Shown: positions 10,257 through 21,135, numbered from the stretch's first letter. The stretch: DNA of 64,000 nucleotides from Myxococcota bacterium (GCA_963674735.2 CAXXQS010000001.1:544001-608000), one strand, 5' to 3'. The notes: generated by a model from the sequence alone, not told the origin. Translations and numbers: made by a program.

Positions 10257-10281
10257 TGCAACTAATAACTTATTTGTTGCA
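10257..10281. repeat. Palindromic putative recombinase site (left)
   Basis: TGCAACTAATAA-C-TTATTTGTTGCA upstream of the tyrosine recombinase. Confidence 0.6.
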
Positions 10282-10352
10282 CTATTGATGCTGGGCGGGG
10301 TAGGAAGGATTGAAAAGGAATTCAACATTAGAGACTTAACCATGCGAGAATT

Positions 10353-11324
10353 ATGGAAACACAAAAAGCAATAGCCACATTCGCCGAACATTTGCAGACG
10401 CTGAACTACTCGGCAAGGACGATTAGAGGGTATCGGCAGGATCTTGAGCTATTTGCAAAGATCAACCATGCAATGAATCAGGAAGTGCGAAAACTCAGAC
10501 GCTCGAACGTTGAGTCCTTCCTTCGATACAGCACAGAGGCAAATCGTTCTCCATCCCCAGGATATCGGAATCGGCGGCTTTCATGCTTGCGTTCCTTCTT
10601 CTCATTCCTCAAGGATCAAACCCATATTTCGAGCAAGGATGACCCGACAAGAAAATTCAAATTTGCTCGCGTCCCGAATTCAGAACCGACACCGCTCTCC
10701 TATTCGGAATACCTCGCGATTCTTGCATCGATCAAATCAACTGCCAGCACCGTATTGCGAAGCCGGAACTGGGCAATCATCGTCACGCTATACAATACCG
10801 GTCTCCGCCTTTCGGAATTGGTCGGGCTGAATGTGGACCAGATTGACTTCGCTAATTCCCGCATTTTGCGACTCGTCCGCAAAGGTGGGAAAACGGTCGA
10901 TCTGCCTATCAACCAAAATGTCTGCAGCTGCCTCTCCGAGTGGATAGACCACAGCGATGCCAGCGCAGTAGGAGACGCTTTGTTCACAACACAGAGGAAA
11001 ACACGTATTTCGGCGCGGATGGTCGAGCGTCTTGTCGCGAAGTATGCAAAGCTCGCCGGTATTTCGCGTTCGATCACGCCTCATACCTTCCGACACTCAT
11101 ACTGTACCGAAATCCAGAAACGCGGTGTGGGGATGTATGTGGCCCAGGAATTGATGAATCACAGTAGCATCGTTACGACTCGCCGCTATAGCCACGCCAA
11201 TGAGGAAGCCATGCGAAGCGCCGTTGAATCTCTGGACGATCCGAAGCAGTGGCCGGATGCGAAAAAGAGCTTGACGAAGGTTCGTCCAATAAGTTATTGG
11301 GCGAACTTTTCAGACGCAGCCTGA
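10353..11324 (+). CDS. XerC/D-like tyrosine recombinase
   Basis: YSARTIRGY, LYNTGLRLSEL, RKGGK, TPHTFRHS, LMNHSSIVTTRRY catalytic motifs. Confidence 0.95.
   Translation: METQKAIATFAEHLQTLNYSARTIRGYRQDLELFAKINHAMNQEVRKLRRSNVESFLRYSTEANRSPSPGYRNRRLSCLRSFFSFLKDQTHISSKDDPTRKFKFARVPNSEPTPLSYSEYLAILASIKSTASTVLRSRNWAIIVTLYNTGLRLSELVGLNVDQIDFANSRILRLVRKGGKTVDLPINQNVCSCLSEWIDHSDASAVGDALFTTQRKTRISARMVERLVAKYAKLAGISRSITPHTFRHSYCTEIQKRGVGMYVAQELMNHSSIVTTRRYSHANEEAMRSAVESLDDPKQWPDAKKSLTKVRPISYWANFSDAA
11280..11306. repeat. Palindromic putative recombinase site (right)
   Basis: GTTCGTCCAATAA-G-TTATTGGGCGAAC in the recombinase 3' end, with a degenerate copy at about 11407-11430. Confidence 0.65.
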
Positions 11325-11438
11325 TCGAAATTATGAATCTGCCAACTACATGTAATTACAATGGAAAAAAATATCGGCTTGTTTCGGTGATTGTCGATAT
11401 GGAATGTCGTCATAAATTGGGCGAACTTTTAAGTCACC

Positions 11439-11473
11439 TTGACTTCATACGTATGGATACGTATAATACGTAC
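11439..11473 (+). promoter_or_regulatory. TA promoter with operator repeats
   Basis: TTGACT-N17-TATAAT overlapped by three ATACGTA units. Confidence 0.8.
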
Positions 11474-11500
11474 AGATCGTATTCCTAATTTCATCGAGGT

Positions 11501-11737
11501 ATGTACGTGCAAAAGAAACTCACCATCAGCATCGAAGAGCAAGTCTATGAAGGGCTGTACAAGATCATCGGGAAGGGGCGGATCAGCAAATTCCTGAATG
11601 ATTTGGCCAAGCCTCACGTCGTCGAGGACGAGCTTGAAGCCGCGTATCGCGAGATGGCGGCGGATGAAGACCGAGAAGTGGAAGCCTTGGAATGGTCTGA
11701 AAACCTTATAACCGATAGTCACCATGAAACGAAGTGA
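11501..11737 (+). CDS. Type II antitoxin (RHH-like)
   Basis: [13 protein letters not shown]..., [20 protein letters not shown]; overlaps the toxin start. Confidence 0.85.
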   Translation: MYVQKKLTISIEEQVYEGLYKIIGKGRISKFLNDLAKPHVVEDELEAAYREMAADEDREVEALEWSENLITDSHHETK

Positions 11738-12047
11738 AGTTTGGTGGGTTAATTTCGACCCGTCCATCGGTGGAGAAATCCGGAAAACGCGGCCTGCCGT
11801 TATCGTCAGTGTCGATGCGTCGAACAAGATACTGAACCGTGTTCAAGTGGTGCCTTTGACGAGCAATGTTTCGCGCCTGTTTCCGTGTGAAGCCTATGTT
11901 ACCGTCAAGCGAAAGCGCCATAAGGCCATGGCCGACCAGGTCGCGACCGTCAGCAAAAAGCGCCTCACCAAACATATCGGCACGCTTTCCGCCAAGGACA
12001 TGAAAGCCGTAGACGGTGCAATCAAGGTGCAGTTGGGTCTACGCTGA
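11724..12047 (+). CDS. mazF: PemK/MazF family toxin
   Basis: [29 protein letters not shown]...VVPLTS...DQ family signature. Confidence 0.95.
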   Translation: MKRSEVWWVNFDPSIGGEIRKTRPAVIVSVDASNKILNRVQVVPLTSNVSRLFPCEAYVTVKRKRHKAMADQVATVSKKRLTKHIGTLSAKDMKAVDGAIKVQLGLR

Positions 12048-12600
12048 ACCCTCGCGTTGACTCTTTCGCCTTCTTAATCCCGTGTTTTTTCAGATACCGC
12101 GACAGATTGGCTTCGGTTGTGCCGTAGCGACGAGCGATGAAACGTTGCGTGGAGCCGTTTGCCAGAAGCGCTTCGATTTCGGGACGATACGGATCGAGTT
12201 TGCTTTTTCCCGGTCCCTTCGGGCGTCCAAGCGGCTTTCCGGCTGCTTTGCGGGCTCGTAAGGCCCCTTTCGTGCGTTGTGAAATCAGATCCCGCTCGAT
12301 TTCGGCGGCCATCGCGAACACCATCGCCATTATCTTGCTTTGGATCGTGTCGTCGAGTTGCCAGTTGCCTTTCACCGAATGAACGTGAATGCCGCGTTGC
12401 ATGGCGATGGAAAGGATTTCCACGCATTCCAGCATGGAACGCCCCAGGCGGGAAAGTTCGGGCACGATGAGGTGATCGCCATCGAACAAATCGAAGAGAA
12501 GCCGTCCGATCTTGCGCGTTCGCCACGTGACCTTGCCGGAGACCTTCTCCTCGACCCAATCGACTCGACCAAGATTTTCTTTCGTCCACGCGCAGAAGGA
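12022..12600 (-). pseudogene. Serine resolvase/invertase, N-terminally degraded
   Basis: EEKVSG, ELSRLGRS, AEIERDLISQRT, LGRP and a C-terminal HTH are present, but I found no Y-x-R-V-S catalytic motif upstream. Confidence 0.8.
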
Positions 12601-12662
12601 CGGACGGCGGCACTTGACTGCTGCGAAGCAGGAGTTCCAGTGTTTTCGCCATGACGATGTAG

Positions 12663-12709
12663 CCGGTATTCCCCATATCAACTTCGGAAGTTGATATGGG
12701 GAATACCGG
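12663..12709. repeat. Perfect 23-1-23 palindrome
   Basis: CCGGTATTCCCCATATCAACTTC-G-GAAGTTGATATGGGGAATACCGG. Confidence 0.97.
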
Positions 12710-12811
12710 TTTCAAGCAGTTTTTAGAAAGTTTTTGACTTTACCTCAAGCGGTGAATACTATTCAGCATAGCTTTCGCCCCAAAATAGAGCTATCCATTT
12801 CGAGGATTTTA

Positions 12812-15109
12812 ATGATGGTTCATAAATTAAAGAGTATTAAAAATATTCGAGATGCAGCCAAACGAGGCTATGCATTTGAGAAATACATTAAAGAATTTTT
12901 CCGTGCTTCTTCTGCAGGTTCCGTTGGCGAGCAAATTGATGGTGTCGCTTCGATAAATGGGATACCATATCTCATTGAAGCTAAGGCAAAATCTAATAGG
13001 ATACGTCGCTATAGCTCTGATTGGGAAGATTTTGAATTGAAGCTTAGGAGAAGAAGAGGAACATGTCACGGCATATTTTGTAGCTTGAACCCTGTAGATG
13101 TTGGAATGATTGAAAGTGCAAAAGAATTAAACAGAAATAACATTCCGATTATAATAATGCATGATGGGATTTGGGACAAATTTCAGTTTTTTCCGATTCC
13201 AATAGACTATTTTTTAAAACTCATGGAATTGCAGATACATATAAAATATGATCCTATTCCGAATTTTGGCAGCATCAAGCGTCAGTATGTAGAGGGAATT
13301 GAGCTAGAGCTGACGAAGTTTTCAAAAAAAGCTAGCAGTCTATTTATTGGCAGACATTATCCTGAAGAATTGAAAGGTGTTTATGTCCATCGAAAAATAG
13401 ATGAGATTACAACACAATTAATACATAATCTTAAGCCAACAAGACTAATAGTACGAGGTGGTGTAAAGAAGGAAAATCGTGGACAGACTGCCCATCGTCG
13501 AGAAGCTCCAACTCAAATCTCTATAATTCGAGATATTTCTGGAGCAGGAAAAACTTCCTTTGTAGCAAACACTGCTACCACAACTAGCAATGCGATTGTA
13601 GTGTGTAGATCAGCATATGAATCCAATATTGACGACTTTTGCCATTTATTCCAAAATGCAGAGGAAGCAAGTATCCTCAATATGATTATCTGTACAGACA
13701 AACCTTTAGTATACATTATTGATGCGCTTGATGAAGCCACATGGATTCGTGGAAAAAGCAGGGAAGTTATCTCGATAGTTAAGAAAATTTCAGAACTGAA
13801 TGATATTGCATTCTCCCGACGAGACATGCCATGTTTCCCGATTGCGATCATATTCTTAATTAGAGATGAGTATTGGCGTGATTGGGAGTCCGTACTAAAG
13901 GAATACAAAACCAAAACATACATCAATCGATTTTCGAGATTTAGCAAAACAGAGTTTATAGAAGCTTTGGACAAGTATTCCTCGTATTATGGATATACTT
14001 TCAATCAAGGGATGGATGAGACCACTTTCCAGACATTGTCAATTCCTTTCTATTTATCGATATTCTCGCACACAAACAGGGGGAATATCAACATAGATCT
14101 TAACAACATATTTGAAGAATATGTTCTCAGGAGATACATTGAATGCATTTACGACAACATTCTCAACAAACGGTCTATTCCGCTGGTAAATAAGGTCATA
14201 TTGCGGAATATATTAATTAATATTGCACTGTTATGCCTAGAAGCTGACGATAATATCATATCTCATAATAACTTCAGAATCATGCTACGCGATCAACATC
14301 CCTCCCTTACTGATTACTATGAAGATATACTGAGGGCATTGTTATCCGAAGGAATTGTAATAGCACATCCAATCAGTAGAAATAGCATTAAGATTCGCCA
14401 CCAGAGAATTATTGAGTATTTGATCGCTTGTAAACTACTATACATCGCAGAAGAAAACAACAATGAGTTCATCGATCAACTGATTGAAGACGCCCTTTCC
14501 AGTCGTATCATTTCCGTCATACAAGTGCATGAATATATCAAATGTTTTGACAACAAAGAACACCAAAATGCAACAATACTGATTCTCGATATTATGACAA
14601 GTAATTTATTATTTATGAGGGAGGCCATGGCATTACTAAGATACAAGTCATCAAGAAAAAGTATTTCAAGGCAAGATGCGTATTTAGTTGAAAGATGTGC
14701 TCTAACTGAAGACAGCGAGGCAATATTTAACTCTTTTTTCGCTTTCGCTGCTAGACATAACCACTCTAAAACAGCTAAGGTAAAAGAACTATTTATCAAT
14801 GCATGGAAGAACACCAAGGAAAGATCGGATAGATGGAAAATGATATTGAAGCTTGGATATTATAAACTTCTGTGCGACGAAGATGTATTTATACTGATCT
14901 TATCATCGTCTACAAGCAAAGAACTCGAAGTCTACCTTGGAAGCATTATTGAATCGAACAACAGAGAAGAATTCTGTACCCTATGGGAACAGAGATGTGG
15001 AGAAAAGTATATTTCCGAAAAGGATAGTAACGAGTTCTATCGTGTTGCACTAAAACTCGTGGATACCATTGTAAACAAGAAACAATATATTCCTGGTGTC
15101 TGGAATTAG
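12812..15109 (+). CDS. Restriction-endonuclease-like domain fused to a STAND/NACHT-type NTPase (probable defence protein)
   Basis: RGYAFE...EQIDG...YLIEAK (Mrr-like PD-(D/E)xK), ISGAGKT Walker A, YIIDALDE Walker B; AT-rich. Confidence 0.8.
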   Translation: MMVHKLKSIKNIRDAAKRGYAFEKYIKEFFRASSAGSVGEQIDGVASINGIPYLIEAKAKSNRIRRYSSDWEDFELKLRRRRGTCHGIFCSLNPVDVGMIESAKELNRNNIPIIIMHDGIWDKFQFFPIPIDYFLKLMELQIHIKYDPIPNFGSIKRQYVEGIELELTKFSKKASSLFIGRHYPEELKGVYVHRKIDEITTQLIHNLKPTRLIVRGGVKKENRGQTAHRREAPTQISIIRDISGAGKTSFVANTATTTSNAIVVCRSAYESNIDDFCHLFQNAEEASILNMIICTDKPLVYIIDALDEATWIRGKSREVISIVKKISELNDIAFSRRDMPCFPIAIIFLIRDEYWRDWESVLKEYKTKTYINRFSRFSKTEFIEALDKYSSYYGYTFNQGMDETTFQTLSIPFYLSIFSHTNRGNINIDLNNIFEEYVLRRYIECIYDNILNKRSIPLVNKVILRNILINIALLCLEADDNIISHNNFRIMLRDQHPSLTDYYEDILRALLSEGIVIAHPISRNSIKIRHQRIIEYLIACKLLYIAEENNNEFIDQLIEDALSSRIISVIQVHEYIKCFDNKEHQNATILILDIMTSNLLFMREAMALLRYKSSRKSISRQDAYLVERCALTEDSEAIFNSFFAFAARHNHSKTAKVKELFINAWKNTKERSDRWKMILKLGYYKLLCDEDVFILILSSSTSKELEVYLGSIIESNNREEFCTLWEQRCGEKYISEKDSNEFYRVALKLVDTIVNKKQYIPGVWN

Positions 15110-15372
15110 AAAGTATCGTCTAAGCATAGTTCATCACAGTGTTCTGCTAAATAGTCCTACTCAATCCAACTATCGTGTGAAGTTCGTCAAGACAGGTCCA
15201 AGCAATAAACCAATCATCATCAATTTCTAACTGATGCTATCTAAGTAACTAGCCATAAAATGACTTAATTCATTTCCATGGCTGTGAAGTATCAGCATTG
15301 GAATAAAATAGTATCTGGCCGAACCGTGCCAAATATAGTATTACACATTAATAGTTCCACTTTCCGGTGCCA

Positions 15373-17123
15373 TTAAGAAGCCTGTTTCAACTCCGTTTTC
15401 CAGTTGCGCCACACCTTCACCCACTGTTTAACCGCCTCGCACAGGGAGTTCCACCGAAATGCCAATGGCCCTACCATTTGGAATTTGCCCTCATGGAAGG
15501 ACTTGGAAAGCGCAAAGACATGCGAAAGTTTCGGAGTTCCATTTCGTAGATCGTCGAGAGTCGGCATTTCATCGAAAACCAGATTGAACAACGCCTCTCT
15601 CAGGCTCCAATCCTCGACCTTCAATAGCAGGTTTTGCGGCTTCTCAACCAGCTTTCTCGCAAATTGGATGAAATCCCGGATGTCGTTTTCCGTGAGTTCG
15701 ATTTGATTTCGCTGCTCCCGCGCATCTATGATCTCTCGCTCGATATTTTCCGCCCGTTTTTCCAACTCGCGACGCACGAGGTCGCTCTCAACGGCAAGAA
15801 TCTTCTCAATCGCGGCCAGCTTCCTAGCTTCCAACTCGGCTACATGACGGTTGATGTCCTCCGCCATTTTGACGATATCCCGCTCGCGTTGGCGGTATTT
15901 ATCCACGAGAAGGTCTTCCAATACTTCAACGAACCCTTCCCGGTATTCGAGGTGCTCAAGGAAACGCTCCAGATCGTTTTCCAGTCGGCGCTTGCTCACA
16001 CCAAAATAGCGATGACCTCGACTGCAATGGTAAAAGGGATAGCGCACCCCGCACTTTCCCTTGGAAATACTTCCCTTGAACGACCCGCCGCATTTGGGGC
16101 AACGCACGATGGATTTGTACGGGAATTCGGGATTGCAGTGCGTGTAGCTACGCTTGCGTGAATCGTTTTTTTAACATCCACGAATTCGAGGCTCCCGTCC
16201 AGCATTCGCTTGATAAAGAGCTCGCCTTCGTTAGCGCTGTTGAAGGTGTTCAAATCCACCAGCCCGTTGAATTTCGCAGGTACAGGCGCGTTGCCACTCC
16301 ACTTCTCGCAGATGACTCCGGCAAATATCGGTCGCCGAATGAAACGCTGCAATTGGCGAGGAGTCAACGGTCTCCCGCCGCTTTTCCCAATCACCCTTGC
16401 GTGCTTGCGATCCCACTTATTTTGTGTTCGCGAGCGGTACCCCATCGCATTGAGACGCTCGCAAATTTGCTTGTCCGTGTATTTTCCGGAAGCCCGCATC
16501 TGAAACATCAGCCGGATGTACTTTGCGCGTTCCGGGTCAGGGACTAGGATGGAGCGCCGTTTGCCGTCGATATAGACCTTCTTGTTCAGATAACCTTCCG
16601 GCGGTTGCCTCAGCCAATAACCCTTTTTAGTGTACTCTATTGAAGCTCCTATAGTGCGTGTAAGGATTCGGCGTACTTCGTCTTGGGCGACATCTGCTTT
16701 CAATTTCTCTGCAATCGCTGTTGGATGCATGACCGACCATTCGTACTCGAAGCCCGTATGGGCCAGCGTATTCACCGGAGGTTGGATAAGTCCAAAGATA
16801 TCAATAAGATCGACACCGTGTTGGCGCACTTCTTCCTTGAAACGCTCGTAAGCGCTCGATCCCTCACGTGTAAGACGGTCGATATCACTGAAAATGATGT
16901 AAGAGAGTTGATGCGAATGATCCGCTACGTACTGCCTCAACTCATTAAAGGCAGGCCGGTTTAGCTTGCGCCCCGAATAGTTGTCCACGAAGACCTTCTC
17001 TATACCGTACCCATTACGCTGGGCAAAGAGCCTACAGTTGCGTTCTTGTGTTTCAACGGACTCGCCGTGACGTCCCTGTTTTTGGGTCGAAACGCGACAA
17101 TAGATGATACAAGTCTTAGTCAT
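15373..17123 (-). pseudogene. Large serine recombinase split by one frameshift at an A7 run (about 16166-16172)
   Basis: IYCRVST, DIDRLTR and the recombinase domain are in 15996-17123; the zinc ribbon (RCPKCG..YHC..H) and coiled coil are in 15373-16107. A -1 shift joins them. Confidence 0.85.
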
Positions 17124-17177
17124 GGGAAATCGTTATTCTCAGTGTAGTTTACCATTAATCGAGTACCGGTTTTCGTT

Positions 17178-17366
17178 TTATGCTTGCGGTTTTTCGGGTT
17201 TATGGCCTTTGTTGTTTTCTTCCAGCCACAGGTCGAAAATGATGTCGGCGATGCCATCGAGTTGGCGGTAAACCGATGGAATCTCGTCCATCGGAACACC
17301 CATTGCTTTCAGTTTGTCGTAGAGGTCTACTCTCATCAGGGAAAGGGTTAAGTCGCGCAAGTACAA
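17178..17366 (-). CDS. Small hypothetical protein upstream of the recombinase
   Basis: 62-aa ORF (LDGIADIIFDLWLEE) co-oriented with the recombinase. Confidence 0.5.
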   Translation of the reverse strand: MYLRDLTLSLMRVDLYDKLKAMGVPMDEIPSVYRQLDGIADIIFDLWLEENNKGHKPEKPQA

Positions 17367-17515
17367 AGCGCCTCTCGTTTTAGTAAAGAGAGGGCTTGAT
17401 TAATCTATCCAGATGGAATCTAGAAATCCGGCGGGTGCAACTTGGCTTTCAATTTCATATCTTATACTGAAATGACCGTGCTCGTCCATAATTTTACTTC
17501 GAAAGGGAATTACTG

Positions 17516-18849
17516 GGGCGGGAATTTTCAAAGTGCGCTCAAGCAGCCTTTCTTATGGAATCAAAGACAGCTTTGGCAAACGTCGTCGGTCCCACCGATG
17601 ATCTCAAGGCCCGCAAAGTCGCCATGCGTTGCGCGTTTTTCTTAGACCACATCATTCCAGACAATTTCATTCGTTTTTGCAAGACCGTTTTGTGTGAGCT
17701 TTCGATAGATCCACTGCCTATAGGCCAGCCTCGCTTTAGAAACTCCCGGTAGTTCAGACGATTCCGATTCGATTCCAGATAATCCAGAAAATTCCTGAAA
17801 CTCTGTGCGCGGTGCTTGTCGATTTTCTTGCGCGGTCGATACGGGATATGCTCTTTCACAAGATCGAAAACCGCGTCTTTTTCCTTCCAGATCAACCGAT
17901 GCGTCAGGGCGTTCATGAAGCATGAAGCCGCATCGCTATCCTCACCATAGGCCTGGCTTGCCGCCGCCTCGCCATGTTCTACTACGTGATAGAAATCAAG
18001 CAGTTCGTAGGCTTTGGGACACAAGCGTTCTTTCATCTTCCAAATCCACGGGGCTCCGTCCGCAATCCAGAACACCTCCCGCTTTCTCAATCTGGCGAAG
18101 CCCGGAGACTCTCTCAACTGAGCCTCAAAGCGATCCTTGTCACCGGTATCGGCCAGATAAACACGTTCAGTTTTACCCATTGCCTGTACGCTCATCAGCT
18201 TGGTTTCATGCCAACCATCCGTATGCCGGATCATCGAACCATCGACCTGAATCATTATCGGAGAATGCTCCCGTTTCGTACCGACAGGCAATTCCAGCAC
18301 CGGACACGGGCGTTCACAATCCGCAAACGGTGCGCTCTTGCGCTCGAAAACATGCTTGAGTTTGGTAGCCGACAAACGGATTCCGTGGTGTAGTTCCAGT
18401 CGTTCGCGGGAGGCCTCGAAGGTATCGGTCACCACGAAATCCAATACCTGTTTCAAGACGTCCCGCGACAGATTGTCTTCATCGAAACCCATCTCGATAT
18501 CACGCGGATAAAAACCGTGGCCGCAACGGCAGACATGGTAATTGCGAAAGACAGCAACCTCTCCGAAGCGAGTCACAATCGTTCGCTTTACTCTGTACTT
18601 CTTTACCCACGCATCCATGCCGCACTTCGGACAGGCAACAGCCTCTGCCTTGCCCTCGGAATCCGACCACTTGCGGGAAAGCCGCCCACGTGCCTGCCGA
18701 TGATAATCCAGAAGCTCGTTGACTTCCTCATCATAGCTATCCTCGTAACCCCCACGATCCATATCGTCTGTTTTTCGCCCCATCGTGTCCTCCTTTAAAA
18801 TTCAGGCTTACACGATTGAACAAATCACGCACTAAATTAATTCCCGCCC
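17516..18849 (-). mobile_element. Complete ISKra4-like insertion sequence (1334 bp)
   Basis: Imperfect 22-bp terminal IRs GGGCGGGAATT..AGTGCG (17516-17537 and 18828-18849); 9-bp target duplication GAATTACTG (17507-17515 and 18850-18858). Confidence 0.92.
17539..18783 (-). CDS. ISKra4/UPF0236-type DDE transposase
   Basis: CPKCG, VDG, ADGAPWIW, LDFYHVVE, GWPIGSGSIES, RMKLSGMMW. Confidence 0.92.
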   Translation of the reverse strand: MGRKTDDMDRGGYEDSYDEEVNELLDYHRQARGRLSRKWSDSEGKAEAVACPKCGMDAWVKKYRVKRTIVTRFGEVAVFRNYHVCRCGHGFYPRDIEMGFDEDNLSRDVLKQVLDFVVTDTFEASRERLELHHGIRLSATKLKHVFERKSAPFADCERPCPVLELPVGTKREHSPIMIQVDGSMIRHTDGWHETKLMSVQAMGKTERVYLADTGDKDRFEAQLRESPGFARLRKREVFWIADGAPWIWKMKERLCPKAYELLDFYHVVEHGEAAASQAYGEDSDAASCFMNALTHRLIWKEKDAVFDLVKEHIPYRPRKKIDKHRAQSFRNFLDYLESNRNRLNYREFLKRGWPIGSGSIESSHKTVLQKRMKLSGMMWSKKNAQRMATLRALRSSVGPTTFAKAVFDSIRKAA

Positions 18850-19011
18850 GAATTACTGAATTACTTCTAGCTAGATAACTACGTATTCGAATCCATGATC
18901 GAACACCAATTCGGTGAGACGGGTTTCGGGACGGGTTTTGAATACATGGAATGGATTATACTGTAGCGGAAAACGGTCTCTCGGGTTTACAGAGGCAATC
19001 GTCGCGCATAC

Positions 19012-19059
19012 CCGCGCCACCAAGTGGACGGACGAGCCGCACGCCACTTGGTGGCGCGG
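19012..19059. repeat. Perfect 16-bp GC-rich inverted repeat
   Basis: CCGCGCCACCAAGTGG-N16-CCACTTGGTGGCGCGG. Confidence 0.85.
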
Positions 19060-19131
19060 CTCCGCCTATACGCCGATTGCCAACGGGTTATATATAAACG
19101 TGTTTAACATATTTTCGAAAGTAGAAATAAG

Positions 19132-20439
19132 TTATTGGTTGTTGCTGTTATTATCATTGTGTTGTTTCCTTCGTGCGATAGAGTCAAGCGTTGATAAGGC
19201 TTGTTTCTCAAGCTTATGTAATTCTCCTGTCAATTCTCTATCACCGTCATCTTTCAGATCAGCTCTGTAGTGAAATACAGCATTAAAATGTTTTTCATAT
19301 AATGCAGCAATGGACTCGGGGCACTCTAAATAGAAATCGAGCATGGCTTGATTGAATCGGTTCACAAATTCTATGTCCTTAGCCATTGCAAAGCATATGG
19401 GATAACGGTGTAAATGTGTTGGATCAATACGAGAGTTGACATTGGAATTGGAACGTAAAATGTATTGTACGGGGTCGTGTTCTTCTAAAAACGTTTTAAT
19501 CTCATCAATCAGAGGTCCATCCGCTACAACGGAGTTTATTTCCCTGGTCCTCAATGCTTTTGCAAATTGTTCTGCATCATAAGCGTCATACAGTTTGATA
19601 ACATTTCCCCCCAAAGCACTCTTTTCGATAAGATTACACGGCAAATTGGTACGTATGAACTCGTGGCCAACTTCAGAACGAACACAACCAATAGGCCAGA
19701 TTCTGCGTAGCACATTCTCGTTTACAATATCTGAGAAATGAATGTCGTTGCTGGAAGATGAATCATAGTTGAGGAAAATCATCGATACGGGGAATCGAAG
19801 TCCAAGGAACGGCAAACTGAATGCTATTTTTTCTTTTCTAGAACGAAGCGGTGTGCAGGTGCCAATCACGAAATCGGGAACATTATCGTTGCGGTTTAAA
19901 GCGAAAAGTGTTTCGTGGTACCCCTCTAGGTCGTTATACTCGTCAGAACTTCCATGTTTGGCTTTTCTACCCACTTCTTTTTTCTTATGAAAGACTATGC
20001 TGAATTTTCCATAGTTTGCTATCTGAAAAAGAAGGTCTACAAGGAATCCTTTTAGTCCTATTGCTTGACCGGTTCTTTCATCTTTTTCAATTTCAGCGAA
20101 TCCTACCTGTGGCAATATGCCAACCGTCAGATAGTCCATAAGCCGTTTAACGTAATTGCTTGGTTCTTTACGATGTGCATCATAAAGATTTTTGCCTGTA
20201 GTCAAATCAAAGTATTTTGAAAAAGCAATCAGGACATCAAAATCATTGTTGCCGGGTAGATTTTGGCAAATTGCATGAATGATCCCTCTAAGTTGCTGTA
20301 GATTGGGAGTATATGTACCTGATCGAATTTTGCTTAGAGTTGATCGATTGATCTCAGAGGCGATAGCCAATTCTCTAAAACTGTTGAATGGCTTTTCTTT
20401 TCCTACATATCGTTCAAATAATGTTTCTAGCTTCATCAT
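19132..20439 (-). CDS. XRE-type HTH fused to a substrate-binding-protein-like (PBP2) domain
   Basis: SFRELAIASEINRSTLSKIRSG..P HTH, then LTVG..., GFLVDL, TPLRS...AFSLPF, ALRTREINSVVAD. Confidence 0.7.
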   Translation of the reverse strand: MMKLETLFERYVGKEKPFNSFRELAIASEINRSTLSKIRSGTYTPNLQQLRGIIHAICQNLPGNNDFDVLIAFSKYFDLTTGKNLYDAHRKEPSNYVKRLMDYLTVGILPQVGFAEIEKDERTGQAIGLKGFLVDLLFQIANYGKFSIVFHKKKEVGRKAKHGSSDEYNDLEGYHETLFALNRNDNVPDFVIGTCTPLRSRKEKIAFSLPFLGLRFPVSMIFLNYDSSSSNDIHFSDIVNENVLRRIWPIGCVRSEVGHEFIRTNLPCNLIEKSALGGNVIKLYDAYDAEQFAKALRTREINSVVADGPLIDEIKTFLEEHDPVQYILRSNSNVNSRIDPTHLHRYPICFAMAKDIEFVNRFNQAMLDFYLECPESIAALYEKHFNAVFHYRADLKDDGDRELTGELHKLEKQALSTLDSIARRKQHNDNNSNNQ

Positions 20440-21135
20440 CCTCTCCAAACTTACAAAAGTATTTGTCTTGATGCCATCAAGCAATTAAATGTTCTAGATA
20501 TTATATCAGAAATTCCATTAAACAGCAAAAAAAACAATAAGATACGTGCAATTAACGGCAAAATACTGCATTGCAGCTTGACGCAGTGTTCATGATATGG
20601 TATCAGAACACTAGTCGCTGATAAGTGGGCCGTCCCTTGCACGAACGGCCCTGACGATTACGCTTTGACAATCAGAGGAAGCGCTCTCGCCGTTGGGTTT
20701 CCAAGTAGTGACGACTGTTGGTTGGCATCAGCGTCACTACAATAACGGATTCCCAGGCAAAGATTACCATGCGACGGATCGGAATTCCAGCCTTTAAAGG
20801 TTGACGTGATCCAAACATGTGGTCTTGGCGCTTCTTCCTAAGTGCCTGTATTACAATGGGAAATGGAGGAGCAAGCCATGAGTCAAAGAATCCTGAAAAC
20901 AGTTGTCCTTTTCTTCTTCCTACTTTTTTTCTCCTTGCAAGCATTCTACGCATATACGGTTCTGCACTTGCCGGAAATCCCGAAAAGCACTCACGCCACG
21001 GCAACTGGTCGTGAATTGGCCGACTGTTGCGCGTATTGCTGCGTCAAATAAAAAGCGAAATCGACCTTACCAATCGCAATGCAGCAGGCAATGAACAAAA
21101 ATATCGTTCTGTCTATTAAAGAAAGGGGTTGAAAC

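Noticed and set aside
20878-21051. Short hydrophobic ORF as frameshifted start of the WD40 gene
   Set aside because: I could not join the frames convincingly by eye.
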